Positions 59,619 through 64,000 of a stretch of 64,000 nucleotides of DNA are shown in pieces. This DNA is from Enterococcus phage AllMyExes: the sequence record PV544171.1, one strand, 5' to 3'. Within the stretch, counting starts at the first letter, position 1. Every line of letters begins with the position of its first letter. The translations under genes were made by a program, and so were the position numbers. The notes beneath the pieces are model-generated. The model was not told the origin of the DNA and ran no database searches. It worked only from the letters and a program-made list of their open reading frames with translations.

Positions 59619-59677
59619 ATTGACAAATAACAAAACATGATGTAAACTAAGTTTATAAGATAAAGAAGAGGAGAGAT
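59619..59677 (+). promoter_or_regulatory. early promoter/5'UTR cassette copy 2 (identical to copy 1)
   Basis: Exact 59-nt repeat. Confidence 0.6.
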
Positions 59678-59682
59678 TTATT

Positions 59683-60756
59683 ATGGCATACGTAACAAAT
59701 ATTGATGTAGTAGCAGATGGGTTAGATTTATATAATGGGAACTATGTGGTAGAACGAGGTCAAGTAGTTACTTTTAAACTACATGTAGCGACATGGAACA
59801 ATGAGCCTACACCCGAAAATGCTTATGCGATTATTCGTAATAATGGAATAGATTATAAGAGTAAGGTTGATGAATTTGGCAATGCAGAGGTTACCTTCCC
59901 AGTTAATGGTCGTCCTGACCAAGTAACAACTAGCATCTTTGCATTAACTTCTGGATATGAGGGGGATATGCCTCGTGTAATGTCAGCTATCTTTAGTGAC
60001 GAAACAGAAATTAAACAAACTGTAATGAACGTTACAGCATCTATTAATGGGGAGCCAGTTAGTCGTGAAGGTGTATTTTTAGAACGAGACCAAGTAGTCA
60101 CTGTAGATGTTAAAGCAACATTATCTACAGGTAAGTTCTGGGAAGGCGCACAGGTAGGCGTGTACAATAACAACACGGAATACTTAGGTGACCTAGATGC
60201 AGATGGTTATGGTTCAGTAACTTTCCAAGTAAAAGGAAAACAAGGGATGGACACATCAGCTATCTACGTATTCGTTAAAGACCATGAACGAGAAGCTACA
60301 CTAACAGTTCCTGTGAAGTTCACTAATACTACTGCTACTACAGAAACTTCTACAGAAGAGTCGTCTACTGTTGATACGACTACAGGAACAGAGGAGCCTT
60401 CTACTACGGATACAACAACTGTAGAAAGCTCTACAACGGATTCTACGTCCTCTACAGTAGATTCTACAGAAAGTACAGTAGAAAGCTCTACAGAGCAAAC
60501 AGTGACCAATGAAGACACTTCTACTGATTCAGAGGTAGTTGAAACTACAGAAACTTCCCAAGTAGCAGGCTACACAGAGTCTACTTCTAGTTCTACAGAG
60601 TCTAAAGAAGTTAAGGAAACTCATACTAGCACTACAGAACCTGCTAAAGAGTTGCCATCTACAGGCACAGAGGTAGATTATGGGCTTGTTGGGTTCGGTG
60701 GTGTAACATTAACAGTTGTAGTGGCACTAGTAATTAAAAAATTGTTGAATAAGTAA
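59683..60756 (+). CDS. Ig-like, Ser/Thr-rich protein with a C-terminal LPXTG-type cell-wall sorting signal (LPSTG + TM + KKLLNK) and no N-terminal signal peptide
   Basis: C-terminus ...KELPSTGTEVDYGLVGFGGVTLTVVVALVIKKLLNK. An S/T-rich stalk precedes it. The N-terminus MAYVTNIDVVADG has no hydrophobic leader. Confidence 0.5.
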   Translation: MAYVTNIDVVADGLDLYNGNYVVERGQVVTFKLHVATWNNEPTPENAYAIIRNNGIDYKSKVDEFGNAEVTFPVNGRPDQVTTSIFALTSGYEGDMPRVMSAIFSDETEIKQTVMNVTASINGEPVSREGVFLERDQVVTVDVKATLSTGKFWEGAQVGVYNNNTEYLGDLDADGYGSVTFQVKGKQGMDTSAIYVFVKDHEREATLTVPVKFTNTTATTETSTEESSTVDTTTGTEEPSTTDTTTVESSTTDSTSSTVDSTESTVESSTEQTVTNEDTSTDSEVVETTETSQVAGYTESTSSSTESKEVKETHTSTTEPAKELPSTGTEVDYGLVGFGGVTLTVVVALVIKKLLNK

Positions 60757-60824
60757 GAAACACAATATTGCGACCCTCATTAATTGGGGGTTGCAAATTA
60801 TATTATTTTTTTTAAATAAACCTA

Positions 60825-60881
60825 TTGACATTTAACAAACTATAAGGTAAACTAAGTTCATAAGATAAAGGAGGGAAACAA
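60825..60881 (+). promoter_or_regulatory. early promoter cassette copy 3 (TTGACA-N17-TAAACT, AAACTAAGTTC, diverged)
   Basis: Same architecture, about 75% identical. Confidence 0.5.
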
Positions 60882-61184
60882 ATGAGTCAAGTAAGCAAAC
60901 ATGGAGAAAAACGTGTACGTGAACGTGTAGGAGTGAATAAGAGTTCGGTAGACCGTCAGTTTTACTTAGCGTTAGAACGAGGATACCGACAACATGAGCT
61001 AACAGGACGTTTAAAGAAATGGGTAGTATCAAGAGTATTTAACTCTAAGTACCCTCAAACATGTATTTTATATAATGGTAAATGCTTCATTGTTAGCAGT
61101 GAAGGTACACTAGTTACTGTGTTAAACATCCCAAGTAATTTACTAAAAGATTTTGCAAAATTATCTAAGAAAAGAGGAAAATAA
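60882..61184 (+). CDS. basic hypothetical protein
   Basis: Driven by cassette copy 3. Confidence 0.35.
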   Translation: MSQVSKHGEKRVRERVGVNKSSVDRQFYLALERGYRQHELTGRLKKWVVSRVFNSKYPQTCILYNGKCFIVSSEGTLVTVLNIPSNLLKDFAKLSKKRGK

Positions 61185-61185
61185 A

Positions 61186-61488
61186 ATGGATATTATGGAT
61201 ATTGAGTTTTTAGAAGAACATAAACAATTAGTAAAAGAACATGTAGAACAAGAATTAAAATTAATGCACCCTCTTAAGAAGTTACAAGTAATGACAGACT
61301 GGTTAGGAGATACAGAAGACAAGCTTTCTCAAGGAGACTTAGATTACTTCAATGACTTAACAGAAACAGAGCTAATAGAGGCAATGGATGCTAGTGAGAT
61401 TGTAGAGTTTTATTCAGATAACTTGTTAGATTTTATTGACTACTACAATATTGATTTAACTGGTTTAGAGGAACAGCTAGGTGTGTAA
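61186..61488 (+). CDS. acidic hypothetical protein
   Basis: ATG at 61186, 7 nt after GAGGA. This avoids the 32-nt overlap the track start would create. Confidence 0.35.
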   Translation: MDIMDIEFLEEHKQLVKEHVEQELKLMHPLKKLQVMTDWLGDTEDKLSQGDLDYFNDLTETELIEAMDASEIVEFYSDNLLDFIDYYNIDLTGLEEQLGV

Positions 61489-61490
61489 CC

Positions 61491-61775
61491 ATGGATAAGG
61501 CTGAAAAGGTAGATAACATTGTAAGACAGGTCGCAGGGGCTATTATTAAAACAACTGCAAAAGCAGCTTTTATTGTTTTTGTTTTAACCTTTGCAGGTGT
61601 TTTAGTAAGTTATTGTAGTTATTCATTTTTAACAAATGTAGGCTGGTTTACCCTACCTATGGTGGTATCAGTAGACTTGCTGTATGTTGCAATACTGTTA
61701 GGTGGACTAGCTTTTATATTTGTAGAGGTATACAAGGTAGTTTTAGAAGTGAAAAAGATAGTTAAACGAGGTTAG
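61491..61775 (+). CDS. small membrane protein
   Basis: Two hydrophobic helices. Confidence 0.35.
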   Translation: MDKAEKVDNIVRQVAGAIIKTTAKAAFIVFVLTFAGVLVSYCSYSFLTNVGWFTLPMVVSVDLLYVAILLGGLAFIFVEVYKVVLEVKKIVKRG

Positions 61776-61796
61776 AAAATATAGGAGGAACTTATT

Positions 61797-62150
61797 ATGA
61801 ATAAAAAAGTAGAGGAAATGACAATGGAAGAAAAGGATAAAGCGCTAATTGCAATGGGACTTATTGATGTAACACAAGAATTGGACTGGTTAGTGTTAGC
61901 TACTTGTGAAGACTGTGGGGAAGAGTATGAAGAAGAAGACTGTGCAGAGTGTGAGCATTGTGGTGGAGAAGACTTTATGATTGAAACAGGACTAGAGGGT
62001 ACTCGTTGTGGACGTTGTGATAGCTACTTTGAGATGTGGGATGACTACTTTGAGTTTGAGAACGAAGGTAACCCATACAAAGATAAGCGTATCTGTGAAC
62101 ATTGTCATGATGAACTAGTATCTATGGGAATGGAAGAAAAGAAATTTTAA
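61797..62150 (+). CDS. zinc-ribbon protein (four CxxC pairs), acidic
   Basis: CEDCGEEYEEEDCAEC, CGRCDSY, CEHCHDE. Confidence 0.4.
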   Translation: MNKKVEEMTMEEKDKALIAMGLIDVTQELDWLVLATCEDCGEEYEEEDCAECEHCGGEDFMIETGLEGTRCGRCDSYFEMWDDYFEFENEGNPYKDKRICEHCHDELVSMGMEEKKF

Positions 62151-62176
62151 AATATTACTAAGAAGGAGACTTAATC

Positions 62177-62554
62177 ATGAACGAATTAGAGGAACTTAAG
62201 AATACGCTGACTAGGCAAAAGCTTTCAATGTTGGAAAGTTACGAAATGAGAGAAGCATCATTTTGGATAATGTTTAATGGGACAATGCGTACTATCATGT
62301 CAGTAGCTGTAGTAGCCTTTGTGAGCTACGCTAAGCATGTAAGACCAGATAATGTAGCCACATGGTTTCTAGCTCTGATTTGGGTTATTTTCCTAGCAGA
62401 AGGTGCTAAAGGTGCTTATGATGCTATTGCATTCGGTATTCACCGCAAAAAATTTGCTAAACATATTAAAAATATGCGTGGAATAATCACAATCACACAA
62501 TTACTTATTAAAGAAGACGAAGAGAAATTAAACGAGGGTAAACTAGATGAGTAA
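62177..62554 (+). CDS. membrane protein
   Basis: Hydrophobic segments. Confidence 0.35.
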   Translation: MNELEELKNTLTRQKLSMLESYEMREASFWIMFNGTMRTIMSVAVVAFVSYAKHVRPDNVATWFLALIWVIFLAEGAKGAYDAIAFGIHRKKFAKHIKNMRGIITITQLLIKEDEEKLNEGKLDE

Positions 62555-62777
62555 AGATGAGAAATTAGTTGAGTGGTTTGTAGTTGCTTTAATGGTGATT
62601 ATGTGGTTGCTTATCACGTTTAGTATCCTGTACACAATAGTTTCCTTACCTTTCATGGTACATGAAGGGGACTGGCTAGGGATTGTACGAAACGTACTAC
62701 TGGACATTATAGTATTGGTAATTGGGGTTGTCGCTACATGGTTGCAATTAAGATTTAAAAAAGGAATGGAGGAATAA
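62547..62777 (+). CDS. small membrane protein
   Basis: Two TM segments. Overlaps the upstream stop. Confidence 0.35.
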   Translation: MSKDEKLVEWFVVALMVIMWLLITFSILYTIVSLPFMVHEGDWLGIVRNVLLDIIVLVIGVVATWLQLRFKKGMEE

Positions 62778-62780
62778 TTA

Positions 62781-63155
62781 ATGGGATATTTAGAGAGTGC
62801 AATTGAAGAAATTGAACGAGTACTACTAGGAAATAAAAGTCGTGACACCGAAGAAGTTTATTTAAACAATGCAATTCGGTATATCAAAAAAGAGTTAAAG
62901 AAAAAAGAGGTAGAGCCAACGTGGTTAAATGAACCACAGACATTGTTCCTTAATTGGTTTAACGAATTATACGCAGTAGGTGGTTTAACTCATGTAACAG
63001 AGGCAGTAGGTTTTTTAGAATCCACAGGAGGTAGAATTAAGTATCCAGAAGCATATTCTGCTTTCAGTAATTTAAGTGAGAATGAATTGCTTGAGGTTTA
63101 CAGTAAATTTTATACAGGGTTATTCTTAAAAGCACAAGGAGGTGAATTAGAATGA
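62781..63155 (+). CDS. hypothetical protein
   Basis: ORF only. Confidence 0.3.
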   Translation: MGYLESAIEEIERVLLGNKSRDTEEVYLNNAIRYIKKELKKKEVEPTWLNEPQTLFLNWFNELYAVGGLTHVTEAVGFLESTGGRIKYPEAYSAFSNLSENELLEVYSKFYTGLFLKAQGGELE

Positions 63156-63409
63156 ACTTTCATGGTAAAGTATTTCATGATAAAGTATTTGACATTCTTT
63201 CTCGTGATTACCCTGATTGGCAGAGGTATCAGACAGAGAAACGACCACATCCCAATGAGCTTAGAAAAGACTTTGCCATTGATAGTACAGATAGTAGATA
63301 TGAAGAGTATGTTATGGGAGAGTTTAATGTAGAAACGGCTAGCGGAGATGTTAAAGTATACGCAGTAGGAATTAGAAGAGTAGTTCATAAAAGAGCTGAG
63401 GAGGAGTAA
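63152..63409 (+). CDS. hypothetical protein
   Basis: ORF only. Confidence 0.3.
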   Translation: MNFHGKVFHDKVFDILSRDYPDWQRYQTEKRPHPNELRKDFAIDSTDSRYEEYVMGEFNVETASGDVKVYAVGIRRVVHKRAEEE

Positions 63410-63415
63410 ATCAAG

Positions 63416-64000
63416 TGGAGTACACAGAGAAAGACATTAAAGAAGGTATGAAGTTACGTTGCACAGATAATAGTAATGTAGGTTACTGGGAAGTTGATAA
63501 GGTTTACGAGGTAACACGTAATAAAGACCTTGGCTTAGTTATCGCAGGGGAAGGTGAAAGGAGTCACAGAACCGTAAAGTATATTTTAGGGGTGTTAAAT
63601 GGTGACAGCAAAATTAAATTTGAAGTTGTAGAGGAAAAGCCTGTACGATTTGCTAAGGTAACTTGTGTATACCCTCCTGATAGAGGTCTTGTAGAGGTTG
63701 GGCATTGTTACAAAGTACTTAAAGAGTTCCCTGAGGGACGTGTGCGTATTTACCTTAATAGTAAACTAGGGAACCATGTGTTACTCCCAGACCAGTTTGT
63801 CTTTGTAGATGAGCCATCAAATGATGGAGAAAAAGACGTAGAAGAGCTAGATGTAGAAGCTAAGATTCTAGCCAAGATTGAACAGTTAACAGCAGAAGCA
63901 GAACAACTGTTTGCTAAACGTGACCGTGTAAATGAGCAAGCACTTAACTTAAATGCAAAAGCTCGTAAGTTAGAAGAATCTTTAGAGGTACTAAGGGAGT
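63416..64000 (+). CDS. paralog of 28189..28821 (3'-partial): beta-domain (GMKLRCTDN...W..DK.YE) plus coiled coil
   Basis: GTG at 63416 after GGAGGAG. The frame is open to the window end. Shares EGMKLRCTD..W.....YE and a C-terminal heptad-rich tail with 28189. Confidence 0.4.

Noticed and set aside
810-63388. All minus-strand ORFs in the supplied track (for example 810-1160, 3063-3335, 16056-16437, 38601-39184, 41567-41800, 60264-60518)
   Set aside because: Every one is nested inside a longer, motif-supported plus-strand gene or a terminator. The largest arise from the antisense of repetitive coding DNA (the Q/P repeat and the S/T-rich stalk). None has a plausible RBS or promoter context, and the plus-strand gene packing is continuous.
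1-64000. tRNA genes, integrase/attachment site, prophage boundaries
   Set aside because: No cloverleaf-like sequences of 70-90 nt were found in the few non-coding gaps. No recombinase motifs were found. The gene content is purely lytic-phage type with uniform strand bias.

Overview
This window looks like a contiguous, single-orientation block from a large virulent myovirus of a low-GC Gram-positive host. All credible genes are on the + strand, and the gene order matches the SPO1/Twort/K-like (Herelleviridae-type) layout. I cannot tell from sequence alone which genus or host it belongs to.

1. Structural region (positions 1-18188). It begins inside a giant tail or baseplate structural protein (more than 1592 aa) that carries three internal copies of a coiled-coil unit of about 115 aa, plus beta-rich carbohydrate-binding-like modules. 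Next come a second fibre-like protein and a small putative chaperone. The baseplate cluster includes a LysM protein with a gp25/W-like domain and a baseplate-J-like protein. Two further large fibre or adsorption proteins (805 and 1154 aa) follow.

2. Replication and recombination module (about 18.3-41.6 kb). A consensus sigma-A promoter with an AT-rich tract opens the module. It encodes, in order:
- an SF2 DEAH helicase
- a Rep-like protein with an HTH
- a DnaB-family helicase
- SbcD and SbcC
- a DnaG-type primase
- a dUTPase-fold protein
- an Hjc-like resolvase
- an HU/TF1-like protein
- a family-A DNA polymerase split by a 439-nt group I self-splicing intron with no ORF inside it; I infer the junction between coordinates 36066 and 36506 from P1 pairing and a motif B alignment
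- a protein rich in Q/P repeats
- a RecA-like recombinase
- a sigma-factor-like late regulator

3. Accessory block (about 41.6-53 kb). It includes Big_2/Ig-like paralogs and a beta-class DNA methyltransferase bracketed by a 44-bp direct repeat that copies the RBS and first 10 codons of the downstream gene. It also contains a second Mre11-like phosphoesterase, a PD-(D/E)xK-like protein and a minimal nucleotidyltransferase.

4. Early, host-takeover-like region (about 53-64 kb). It holds many small genes behind strong sigma-A promoters.
- Three copies of a 59-nt promoter/5'UTR cassette contain a palindrome (AAACTAAGTTT) over the -10 element.
- One copy is followed by an XRE-family HTH regulator.
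- The region also encodes a SprT-like Zn protease.
- A Ser/Thr-rich Ig-like protein ends in an LPSTG+TM+KK sorting signal but has no signal peptide.
- There is a very acidic 766-aa protein and several small membrane proteins.

I found no tRNAs, CRISPR arrays, integrase or recognisable lysis cassette. Everything here comes from reading the sequence; no database searches or computations were run.
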